This document shows, in pieces, positions 26,562-34,849 of a stretch of 64,000 nt of DNA. How positions within the stretch are numbered: position 1 is the first letter of the stretch; each line of letters opens with the position of its first letter. The notes beneath the pieces were generated by a model. The model was not told the origin of the DNA, ran no database searches, and saw only the letters and a program-made list of their open reading frames with translations. Location: assembly GCA_964586915.1 (NCBI GenBank), contig CAZPJP010000001.1, forward strand, positions 11,342 to 75,341, given 5' to 3'. Both the position numbers and the translations under genes were made by a program. Origin of the DNA: an uncultured Anaerolineales bacterium (lineage in GTDB: Bacteria > Chloroflexota > Anaerolineae > B4-G1 > SLSP01).

Positions 26562-28154
26562 TTAAGGGAGATCGAGGAAAACAGCAGGTAGGTCTTGGAA
26601 GTAGCGTGAGACAATGGATGACAGGTCACCGTCGGCATAGGCGTGGAGCGTGGTGAAAAAGGTGTCACTGTCGACGAGCTGACCTTCTCCAGACCGGCGA
26701 TAGGCCCTGAGGAAGTTGAAGAACGCCTCGTCGCCCATCGACTTACGGAGATCTCTCATCAAGAGCGCTCCGAGGCTGTAGATCTGACGGATGTAAGGCG
26801 GTGTGTTGTCGAAGTCGTAAATCGTGCGATCGAGCGAGCCGTCGGGTTCGAAGCGGTGGATGTGAGTCTCCCACCACCAGTCGGTTAGCTCTGGATGGTA
26901 GCGCTCGTAGAAAAGCAGCTCGCTATACTTCGCCAGCGACTCATCGAGCCAGGGCTCGTGGACCTGGTCATTCCCCACCGCACCATACCACCACTGATGG
27001 GCGATCTCGTGCGCTGTCAAGCTCACAAGCTGGGAGCGTGGGCTCCCATCGTAGGTCTCATAGGCCAGATCACTCATACTGATCAGGCCGGTGTACTCCA
27101 TAGAGCCACGATAAGCATTCTGCGCAACGACGAGCCCGCTGGTAGGATAGGGTCCATAGAGATCCTTGTAAAGCTGGATGGCTTGTGTGGCGAGATCTAG
27201 GACGGCTCGCGCGCTCTCCACATCGCCCGGCAGATAATACACGTGGAGCGGAGTGCCGCCGGCGTTGCCGCCGATCCGTAGGTAATCGCGGCTGGCGAGA
27301 AAAGCGAAGCACCGTGCACGATCGAGTTGATATCGGCGCAGCGCACCCTCTCGCGATATTTCACCGGGCGCCGCGATCACGATGTCCGGACGAGCCGTGA
27401 TCCGCACGTCGTAGTCTGCCACGGGATAGCAGGTGGGGTCGCCGACCGGATGGTAAGTCCAGCGCGCCCAACCCTCATCCTCCCGGTAGGGCACGAGTGT
27501 CGGGTGCCAGTCTCCGGCCTGAAATACCCGGTCTCCGGCTCCGAGGTTGCCCTCTGGGAGCCAGGTGGTCGGCTCGATCACAGGCACACGCATCGCGTAA
27601 CTCAGCGTCACCGAGACCGGCTCGCCCGGGAGCACCGGTGCTGGCAGGCTAACGTGCAACATGATGTCGTCTAGGGTGGTCGCGACGGTAGTGTGCTGCC
27701 AACGTGTCGTCACCTGAGCCTGTGTCAGCTTGAATACCCTCGGCACGTGCGCGGACGGCACGGCGAAGACGATCTCTTGCCAACGCTCGCGGCTTCCGTT
27801 GGCCAACAGCACGTGTTGAGTCACTTGCATATGTCGATGGGCGACATCGAGCGCGATCTCCAGCGTAACCTGAGGCACCGCCGAGATCCGGGCGACCGCG
27901 TCGTCCGGTATGTCGAGCAGCGGTGGGTCGGCTTGCGGCGACGGCGTCACGCTGGGGACCGCAGCAGTCGCTGTGGGTGGGGTGCGAGTCGGTGTGGGGG
28001 ACGCGGATGTCATCGCGGAGGGGGTCAGCGTGGGCCTGAACGTCGCCGTAAGTGAGGTGTCAGGCAGCGCCGCCGGTTGGCACGCCACAAGGAAGGTCAA
28101 AAGCGCGAGGAGGCTGGCCGAAAATGGGCGTAACTTGCGAGTGTCTCTTCTCAC
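26562..28154 (-). CDS. M1-family zinc metallopeptidase, predicted lipoprotein
   Basis: 530 aa with HEIAHQWWYG...18 aa...E (HEXXH-X18-E). Signal peptide with LVAC lipobox, then a Pro/Thr/Ser-rich linker. Confidence 0.85.
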   Translation of the reverse strand: MRRDTRKLRPFSASLLALLTFLVACQPAALPDTSLTATFRPTLTPSAMTSASPTPTRTPPTATAAVPSVTPSPQADPPLLDIPDDAVARISAVPQVTLEIALDVAHRHMQVTQHVLLANGSRERWQEIVFAVPSAHVPRVFKLTQAQVTTRWQHTTVATTLDDIMLHVSLPAPVLPGEPVSVTLSYAMRVPVIEPTTWLPEGNLGAGDRVFQAGDWHPTLVPYREDEGWARWTYHPVGDPTCYPVADYDVRITARPDIVIAAPGEISREGALRRYQLDRARCFAFLASRDYLRIGGNAGGTPLHVYYLPGDVESARAVLDLATQAIQLYKDLYGPYPTSGLVVAQNAYRGSMEYTGLISMSDLAYETYDGSPRSQLVSLTAHEIAHQWWYGAVGNDQVHEPWLDESLAKYSELLFYERYHPELTDWWWETHIHRFEPDGSLDRTIYDFDNTPPYIRQIYSLGALLMRDLRKSMGDEAFFNFLRAYRRSGEGQLVDSDTFFTTLHAYADGDLSSIVSRYFQDLPAVFLDLP

Positions 28155-28413
28155 ACCGCAAGTCTACAGGAGATCGATCCGCCGCCAAGCGGGGGGAGAA
28201 GCGATCATTGTCCCGACGGGTTGAGCCACAGCATCGTCTCAGCGTGGGTGCTCGGAGAGCTGCGGCCTAACTTACTCTCAACCTTTGGCAACTCAACCCA
28301 CCGTAAACCCCAACCGATCCCGGCAGATCTTATCGCCGTGGTCTCCTATCATGAGAGTGGTTGAGCGCAGTGAGACTGTCTGAGATTCGCTAGTGGTGCA
28401 AAGGAGGCATGGT

Positions 28414-29163
28414 ATGTTTGAGGGAAAAGTGGCTTTGGTGACAGGTGCTGCTTCTGGGATTGGGAGAAAGACGGCAGAGCTCTATAGCGCAAATGGAGCG
28501 CGCGTGATCGTATCGGACATCGACGTCGACGGCGGCGAGGAGACCACCGCGCTCATCCGTGAGAGCGGCGGGGAGGCTTTCTTTGTCAAGGCGGATGTAG
28601 CCAAGCCGTCCGAGTGCGAGGCGCTCGTCGACGCGGCAGTTGATCACTTTGGTCGTCTGGACTTCGCATGCAACAACGCCGGGGTCACGGGCGAGGATAA
28701 CCCGACGGCTGCGTATAGCGTCGAAAGCTGGCAGTGGGTGATCGAGGTCAATCTCTCTGGTATCTTCTACTGCATGAAATACGAGATTCCGGCCATACTT
28801 GAGTCAGGAGGTGGGGCGATCGTGAACATGGCCTCAATCCTGGGCCTGGTGGCCTTTGCCGGCGCCCCTGCTTATGTTGCATCGAAGCATGGGGTTGTAG
28901 GGCTGACGGCGAGCGCTGCAGTGGAATACGCAGGCCAGAATCTGCGCATTAACTCCGTTGGTCCGGGCTTTATCAGAACCCCGATGATCTCGGACCTGGA
29001 AGAGGATTCCAATATGAAGAAGCAGCTCATCGATCTGCACCCCATCGGCCGCCTTGGTGAGGCTGAGGAAGTCGCAGAGCTCGTCATCTGGCTTAGCTCG
29101 GACAAGGCGTCGTTTGTCACCGGTGCGTACTATCCGGTAGATGGCGGTTACCTCGCTCGCTAA
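28414..29163 (+). CDS. SDR-family oxidoreductase
   Basis: ORF trimmed to ATG 28414 (AAGGAGG at 28401..28407). It has TGAASGIG, NNAG and the YxxxK motif (YVASKHGV). Confidence 0.9.
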   Translation: MFEGKVALVTGAASGIGRKTAELYSANGARVIVSDIDVDGGEETTALIRESGGEAFFVKADVAKPSECEALVDAAVDHFGRLDFACNNAGVTGEDNPTAAYSVESWQWVIEVNLSGIFYCMKYEIPAILESGGGAIVNMASILGLVAFAGAPAYVASKHGVVGLTASAAVEYAGQNLRINSVGPGFIRTPMISDLEEDSNMKKQLIDLHPIGRLGEAEEVAELVIWLSSDKASFVTGAYYPVDGGYLAR

Positions 29164-29286
29164 GAACGCCTCTTCCAGACACCAATAGCCGCGGCTCTTG
29201 CCACTCGCGCTGATGCCGGCGCGCTGTGGGGGCCGCGGCTGCCGTGGACAACGCGCGTCGAAGCTTAGTTCGATCCGCGCTGGATC
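29163..29286. repeat. 124-bp direct repeat, left copy (flanks Tc cassette)
   Basis: By my base-by-base comparison it matches 42197..42320 except at 29171 and 29174 (t versus c). It starts at the last base of the SDR stop codon. Positions 29265..29286 duplicate the last 6 codons plus stop of the minus-strand gene 42299..42604. Confidence 0.9.
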
Positions 29287-29309
29287 CCACGCAGCTGTCG
29301 TTGCGTGGG
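29286..29309. other. Perfect 8-bp stem / 8-nt loop hairpin at the repeat-island junction
   Basis: cccacgca gctgtcgt tgcgtggg. The first stem base is the last base of the repeat. There is no U-tract on either strand. Confidence 0.5.
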
Positions 29310-29481
29310 GTCGGCCCGATGATAGTGCCTTATGACCTCACATAGGGTCAAAACCGTGCAGGACGATGCTTTCCACAGATTTCGCGCTCGCCATCGTGCC
29401 GAACGCGGCCTGGGGAAGAGCGCCGGCCTCCACGCTCATCGTGCAGGCCGTGGAGACCGTCACATCTCAATGCCGCTATTA

Positions 29482-32400
29482 CTACAACCACTCGGGCGTC
29501 TCTCCCCCAAAAGTGATGACGAGCAGGATGTCCTCGATGAGCTCGTCCGTGAACCGTCTGCGCACCGGCTCGGTGTCCGGAAGGGCAAGCTCCCATTCCC
29601 CGAGCGGCGTCTGTCCCTTTAGCGCTGTCCAGCTGCTGCCACTGGCCTGGCGCGTGCTGATGGTGCCGTCCACTGTCTGTGCGCCGCCCGTCTCCACCGT
29701 GCTTCCGTCCACACCGAAGAAGCGTAAGGATGCCACAGGGAGCTCGAAGTCAGCGCCATCGGTCCGGGCGACGTGCAGCAGAAGGTGCTCTATGCGCAGG
29801 TTGTCGAGGTGGGGTGGGAAGTCGCTCCGCCGCGTCTCAAACCTGATCGTCATCGGCGTCTTGGAGCGCTCGGGATTGTGCAGCTCGTACCACGCGTCCG
29901 CGAACTCCTGCCGGAAGTGGTACGGTCGCTCGGCCTCAAGCGTGCGGTCGAGCCGGCTGACCACCTGCCTGCGATAGCCGGCGCTGTACTGCGCCGTGTA
30001 ATCCAGCGTGATCAGCACGTCGGCGAGGGTGTCATAATCAAAGGCATTGGCCGCCAGCGGCATCTCCAACTGCCAGGTCGTGTCCACCCCCTGTCCTTCA
30101 AAGGGACGGAGCAGCTCGCCGTCTGGCCGCAGCTCGAAGAGGCCCGTGGCGTTGCGCGGGGAGGTGAAGGCGATCAGCTCGGGGCTGCGCTGGACCTCAA
30201 TCGTGCGGAAGATGTCGGGCCCAACGACCACCCGGGAGATGCCGGAGTTGGTGAGGGTGGCGCGAACGCCGTCCACCGACGGGACCAGGGCCAGGATGGA
30301 GACGGACACGCGCTTGATGAGCCGCAGGTAGTGACCCGGAAATCCACGGTCGAAGAGCTCCATCGGCGTGACGAAGGGCAGACGGCCGGTCTGGCGGAAC
30401 TGCTCGAACTCAAAGGGGAAGAGCCGCGCGAGGGAGAAGGTCTGGCTCAACTCGAGCTTGCGTTCGCGGGTCTTGAAGGCGAACTGATCGAGCCGGTAGA
30501 TATCGCGGAGCAGCCGGGCTGAGCCCGTCAGTCCGCGCCGGTCGGGCTGCTCGCCGTCCTCGGACGTCTCAGCCCCCTCGGTTGTCGGCGGGCGCCAGTA
30601 GTCGTGTTGGATGAAGCCGGGGAGCTTTTCCTGGCGCTCAAACGCGAGCTGATCCTGGGCCAGAAAGGCCATCGCCGTTGCCTGCTGGAGGAAGAAACGG
30701 TAGACGCGGTTGAGGACGCCGCTCATCCACTCGTAGAGCTCGGCATTGGTGAACTTGTTGGCGAGGAAGTCCACGGTGACCGCCGCCTGGTCCGTCCGCA
30801 GCCGGGCGATGCTGCGCTCCTGCGCGGCGATCCGATGCTGCTGTGTGGCTAGCGCTATCTGCTTTTGTCCGATCCCAATCTCCTTCTCTGCCAGCCCCTG
30901 CTGCCGGCGCCACTCCTCACGGCGACGCTCGTGGCTGGCGCGGAACGAAGCCATCTGAGCCTTGGTCTCAGCGTATATCGCACGCTCGGTAGCATCGACC
31001 TGCTGGGACCTCATGACCGTAGAGGCAAACCACGAGAAAGCCTGCATCGGATTCGAGATGGCTGAGTGGGCGCGGATTATATCCATATCCGCCGCCAAGT
31101 CGGCGGCTTCTGCTCGAGCAGAGCCGGCTCTCCGGTAGGACCGGATCATCTGCCGCTCGTAGCTGTTCAGGTCGGCTCTGATCATGTTCTGGTAGTTGTC
31201 TCGCAGCTCGCGCGCCCGCTCCTGCTGGCGTTCCGCCCGCTCGATGGCCGTGGCGGCCTCATCCACGCGCAGGTCCTGTACCTCCACCTGTTCCCGGCTG
31301 AGGGCCAGGTCCTGCCGGGCCTGGAGCAGGTTGTACGCCTCAGCGTCGGCCTTTTCTGCGGCGGAGAGGAACGAGGCTTCGATCTGCTGCGCGATGCCGA
31401 CCAGCCGCTGGGCCCGCTCGATCAGGACGCGATAGCGGTAGATGGTGGGCCGAGCATGCACGGTGCGGTGGAAGGGTGCCGCCGCACCTTCTGCCGTCCG
31501 CTGCAGCCTTGTCAACCCGGCCACATTGCGCCCTTCGCGCAGCTTCTCCAGACTGAGCTTGGCATGCTGCCGCAGCGCCGCAATGGCGGGATTCTCCAGG
31601 GCGGTGTCGGGCCCGAGCTTCGGATTTCCGATGGCGCGCGGATCGTCGGGCGGCAGCATCTCGGGAAGCTCCAGCAGATCCAGCGCGGTCAGGTAGAGGC
31701 TCCGGGCCCGGGCTATCGACAAGGGGCTGGCTGCGGTGAACTCGGCATCCGCGAAATCGAGGAAACAGTCGATGATGCATTGTAGGGTGAAGCGCGTGTA
31801 AGCATGTCCCCGCTCGCTGGCGATGTCGTGCGGATTCAGCCACTGTCGCAGCCACGTGCCGGTCTCGCGGCTGACGCTAAGGGAAAAGTCTTCCTCGAGC
31901 GTCAGACCGTGGAAGATCTTCCGTCGGTCGCGCTCCCAATTGTAGGCGTAGATCGTCCGGTACCACGCCAGTGCCGCGAGAAACTGACCGCTGCGCTGAA
32001 GGTGAAGCGCGAGCGTCAGGGGCACGAAGTAGAAGATCTCCTTCAGCCAGTTGGGCGCGTCGTGCAGCCAGTTGGTGATCTCGTCGTTCCCATTGGGTTG
32101 GAAGTGGCCCCTCACCTCAGAACGGCGATCCTCGAGCTCCTGGTCGGTCAACTGCTCGGTAATCGTGAATTCGCCGGGCTGAAGTTTTTCCGTCAGCTCG
32201 TCTCCGATCTCCGCGCTGAGCTGCGTCAGGTAGCCGGAGTCCTCACCGCTCTTCGCGTCGCCGTTGGCCAACTGCCGGGCCCGACGGGGGGTGAGCTGCG
32301 TTGCGGTTCGCAGGCGGTCGATCAGGGTGCGGAAGGCCCTGCTGGGGCGGTGGTGAGGTGAGCTGGGCTCCAGCAGTTCGGGCAGGAGTGCGGCATCCGG

Positions 32401-33429
32401 ATGGACAAGGGTGTGAAATGCGCTGCGCCACGTCTCGTACCTTCCGAGCCAGTGCCAGTCCTCATCGAAGTCCTCGCGTTCGTAATCCTCATCGAAGGTA
32501 ATTCGCCATGCCGTCACGGGATGAGGGTCCGAGAAGATAGAGATCCGCTGCCGCTGCATAAACCAACCGGTGCGCAGCCCGAACAACACGGTCTGCAGCG
32601 TCTCCGCCGCCTGATGCAGGCGTGTCGTCATGACCTCACCACTGTTGCCGAAGTCGAGGGCCAGGCGGCGGGTGAGGCTGTTGATGACCTCCGCGCGATC
32701 GAGCTCGTCGCCGCCGTCCCCTGCCTCCCGCGCACCGACGGCTGTAACGAGGATGTCGCGAAGCCTGGGCAGCGCTGCGGCCTCGGCTGCGTCGACCGCC
32801 GCCTGCAGCGTCTGTTCAAGCGCCTGTTCAGCCTGACGCCGGGCCGAGGATTGCGACTCCCCCTCCTCGCCATCACTATCCTCCTCCATCTCCGGAAGCT
32901 GCTCTCGCTGCCAAGCGAGCAGCTTGGGCGGCGCATCGGGGGAGATGAGCGGCGCTCGCCGAGTGGAGGGAAGGCCGAACATGGCCTCAAGGCGCTCCTC
33001 GGTCAGGTCTTCGACGACCGTAAGCAGCTCGTCGATTCTTTCGGACGCTACGCCGAGGCGCTCCGTCACCGAGGTAATGAGGGTCTCGTCTTCGTCCTCA
33101 TCGCCTTGGCGTGCGGCAGAGACCGCCTGCAGCTCGGCACGCGACAGGCCCCAAGGGGCGAGCAGGCTGTTGAGGGCTGCCCTACGGTACTCGGCCTCTT
33201 CCGGAAGGTCATCGTTGCCCAGGAGCTGCCGCAGCACCTCGACCGCCACGCGCACCTGATGGATCGGGTTTTCTGCGAGCTCACGGTTCTGCTCGTCCAC
33301 CAGCTCCGCAAAGGGCTGGTGGAAGACGTCCGTCAGCCTTTCCTCTGTGACCGGCTCCCCCTCCGCTCCCCGAACACGGCGCCTGGTGAAGTCCAGGAGG
33401 TCGCCCACGTACATCCGTTGGCTAAACAT
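29482..33429 (-). CDS. Short TcA-like toxin-complex subunit (pore-forming and TcB-binding regions)
   Basis: 1315 aa. It has long coiled helices and FTNAELYEWMSGVLNRVYRFFLQQATAMAFLAQDQLAFE, then RLIKRVSVSILALVP...VRATLTNSG...WQLEMPL, typical of the TcA channel and C-terminal TcB-binding domain. This is about half the length of canonical TcA. The ATG overlaps the upstream stop by 8 nt (ATGTTTAG). Confidence 0.8.
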   Translation of the reverse strand: MFSQRMYVGDLLDFTRRRVRGAEGEPVTEERLTDVFHQPFAELVDEQNRELAENPIHQVRVAVEVLRQLLGNDDLPEEAEYRRAALNSLLAPWGLSRAELQAVSAARQGDEDEDETLITSVTERLGVASERIDELLTVVEDLTEERLEAMFGLPSTRRAPLISPDAPPKLLAWQREQLPEMEEDSDGEEGESQSSARRQAEQALEQTLQAAVDAAEAAALPRLRDILVTAVGAREAGDGGDELDRAEVINSLTRRLALDFGNSGEVMTTRLHQAAETLQTVLFGLRTGWFMQRQRISIFSDPHPVTAWRITFDEDYEREDFDEDWHWLGRYETWRSAFHTLVHPDAALLPELLEPSSPHHRPSRAFRTLIDRLRTATQLTPRRARQLANGDAKSGEDSGYLTQLSAEIGDELTEKLQPGEFTITEQLTDQELEDRRSEVRGHFQPNGNDEITNWLHDAPNWLKEIFYFVPLTLALHLQRSGQFLAALAWYRTIYAYNWERDRRKIFHGLTLEEDFSLSVSRETGTWLRQWLNPHDIASERGHAYTRFTLQCIIDCFLDFADAEFTAASPLSIARARSLYLTALDLLELPEMLPPDDPRAIGNPKLGPDTALENPAIAALRQHAKLSLEKLREGRNVAGLTRLQRTAEGAAAPFHRTVHARPTIYRYRVLIERAQRLVGIAQQIEASFLSAAEKADAEAYNLLQARQDLALSREQVEVQDLRVDEAATAIERAERQQERARELRDNYQNMIRADLNSYERQMIRSYRRAGSARAEAADLAADMDIIRAHSAISNPMQAFSWFASTVMRSQQVDATERAIYAETKAQMASFRASHERRREEWRRQQGLAEKEIGIGQKQIALATQQHRIAAQERSIARLRTDQAAVTVDFLANKFTNAELYEWMSGVLNRVYRFFLQQATAMAFLAQDQLAFERQEKLPGFIQHDYWRPPTTEGAETSEDGEQPDRRGLTGSARLLRDIYRLDQFAFKTRERKLELSQTFSLARLFPFEFEQFRQTGRLPFVTPMELFDRGFPGHYLRLIKRVSVSILALVPSVDGVRATLTNSGISRVVVGPDIFRTIEVQRSPELIAFTSPRNATGLFELRPDGELLRPFEGQGVDTTWQLEMPLAANAFDYDTLADVLITLDYTAQYSAGYRRQVVSRLDRTLEAERPYHFRQEFADAWYELHNPERSKTPMTIRFETRRSDFPPHLDNLRIEHLLLHVARTDGADFELPVASLRFFGVDGSTVETGGAQTVDGTISTRQASGSSWTALKGQTPLGEWELALPDTEPVRRRFTDELIEDILLVITFGGETPEWL

Positions 33430-34810
33430 CGATTATCTCCAAAATCTGAACGACGAGTTCACGCGGGTCTGATCGGTTGCCCGACGTGTGGCGCGTCCGA
33501 ACCTGTAGGCGATAGGTGTCAGGCTGTTCCAGATGGACCGAGAACCGCCAGTCGGACCAGTCGTCCTCGAGCGGTTCGGCGGGCTCATACTCACTGTCAT
33601 CGAGCGACCACTCCACGGTCGTGACCTCCGCCACGGACTCCTCTATGGTGCCCCGAACCTCAACCGTGACGCCGCCTTCCTGCTCGTCGATCCTATGGGG
33701 GCTCCTCGAGGGCGACTCGATGATGGCCTCGGGTGGCTTGTCAACGGCGTGGATCGTGATCTCCTCGCTCGCTGAGTTTGGTTTCCTGGCTCCATCCTCG
33801 CAGCGAAACTCGATGACGTGCTCGCCCGCATCAGGGATAGGAATCGCGGCGCGCCACGTCAACTCCCTGTCGTCGCCGCCGGACGTCTCAACGCTGCGGA
33901 ACTCCCCCTCGCTGCCAAGGCGCCATACGACCGATCGCACTCCGGTCCCCTCGTCCGATGCCGTGCCCTCCACGGTGATGGTCAGATCTTCGTCCGCAGG
34001 CCAGTTAAACGTTCTTCTGTCGGGACGTGGTGAGGTGATCTTCAGGCTCGGTTTGCCCTTATCGACGACTTCAATCTCATGAACTTCCCGGTCGCTGCGA
34101 TTGCCCACTGTGTCCTCAGCCCTTGCGACGATCTGGTGGTGCCCAAAGTCGCGGAGCGTCAGTTTCTTCCGCCACTGTTCACCACGTAAGACAGCTCTTT
34201 CGGAGGGCGTGTCGATGCCTACGTCGACCTTCCTGACGCTGGAGTCCCTATCCTTCGCGGTACCTTCCACTGTGATCTCTTTCTGAGATCCACGTACCTC
34301 TATCGTGCGGCCGTCTGGTGGGAAATCGATGTGCAGTTCGGGTGGCTCGTCATCCAGTATCACGTTGATAGTACGCCTATCCTCCGCTGCGCTGCCCTCA
34401 TGGCCCGCCAGCGGGTGCGCCTTCACAGTGATTTTCAGATCCTCTTCGCTATGAATCGTGCGGCTGAAGCGCCATCGCCGGGGCGGGTTCATTTTGGTGG
34501 CGTCCGCGAACTTAGCGTCGTCTCCCAGCTTCACCAACACCTGGCCGGCCTCGAGCTCCAGGGCGCTCGGACGGAGCACCCCGCGGGTGTCATCGGCCTT
34601 GTGTCCCAGGGGCTGAGGGATGTGCCCGCCTCTTCCGCCACCACCTGTGTCGCCGCCTGTGCCGCCGCCTCCGCCGGTGCCCCCGCCGCCGGTCAAGATG
34701 ATGCCCCAGGCGTCGATATAGACGGTCACCTTGCGCTCGTTCGGTCCAATGATCACGTGCGATTTGGGTGACGTGATCTCTGCGTGCATCTTTACTCTTG
34801 GGTTCTCCAT
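33422..34810 (-). CDS. Ig-like repeat protein (candidate split-off receptor-binding part of TcA)
   Basis: 462 aa with a GAGGAG RBS and no signal peptide. A poly-Gly linker (GGGGTGGGGGTGGDTGGGG) is followed by three ~100-aa repeats with the pattern P.L.I.SP....I.VEGTA.D...V..V.......W......G.H.I..RA.D..GN.S, typical of bacterial Ig-like domains. Confidence 0.6.
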   Translation of the reverse strand: MENPRVKMHAEITSPKSHVIIGPNERKVTVYIDAWGIILTGGGGTGGGGGTGGDTGGGGRGGHIPQPLGHKADDTRGVLRPSALELEAGQVLVKLGDDAKFADATKMNPPRRWRFSRTIHSEEDLKITVKAHPLAGHEGSAAEDRRTINVILDDEPPELHIDFPPDGRTIEVRGSQKEITVEGTAKDRDSSVRKVDVGIDTPSERAVLRGEQWRKKLTLRDFGHHQIVARAEDTVGNRSDREVHEIEVVDKGKPSLKITSPRPDRRTFNWPADEDLTITVEGTASDEGTGVRSVVWRLGSEGEFRSVETSGGDDRELTWRAAIPIPDAGEHVIEFRCEDGARKPNSASEEITIHAVDKPPEAIIESPSRSPHRIDEQEGGVTVEVRGTIEESVAEVTTVEWSLDDSEYEPAEPLEDDWSDWRFSVHLEQPDTYRLQVRTRHTSGNRSDPRELVVQILEIIDV

Positions 34811-34849
34811 GTCCTTACTCCTCTACCTTTCGTATCATCGTCTACGGCG

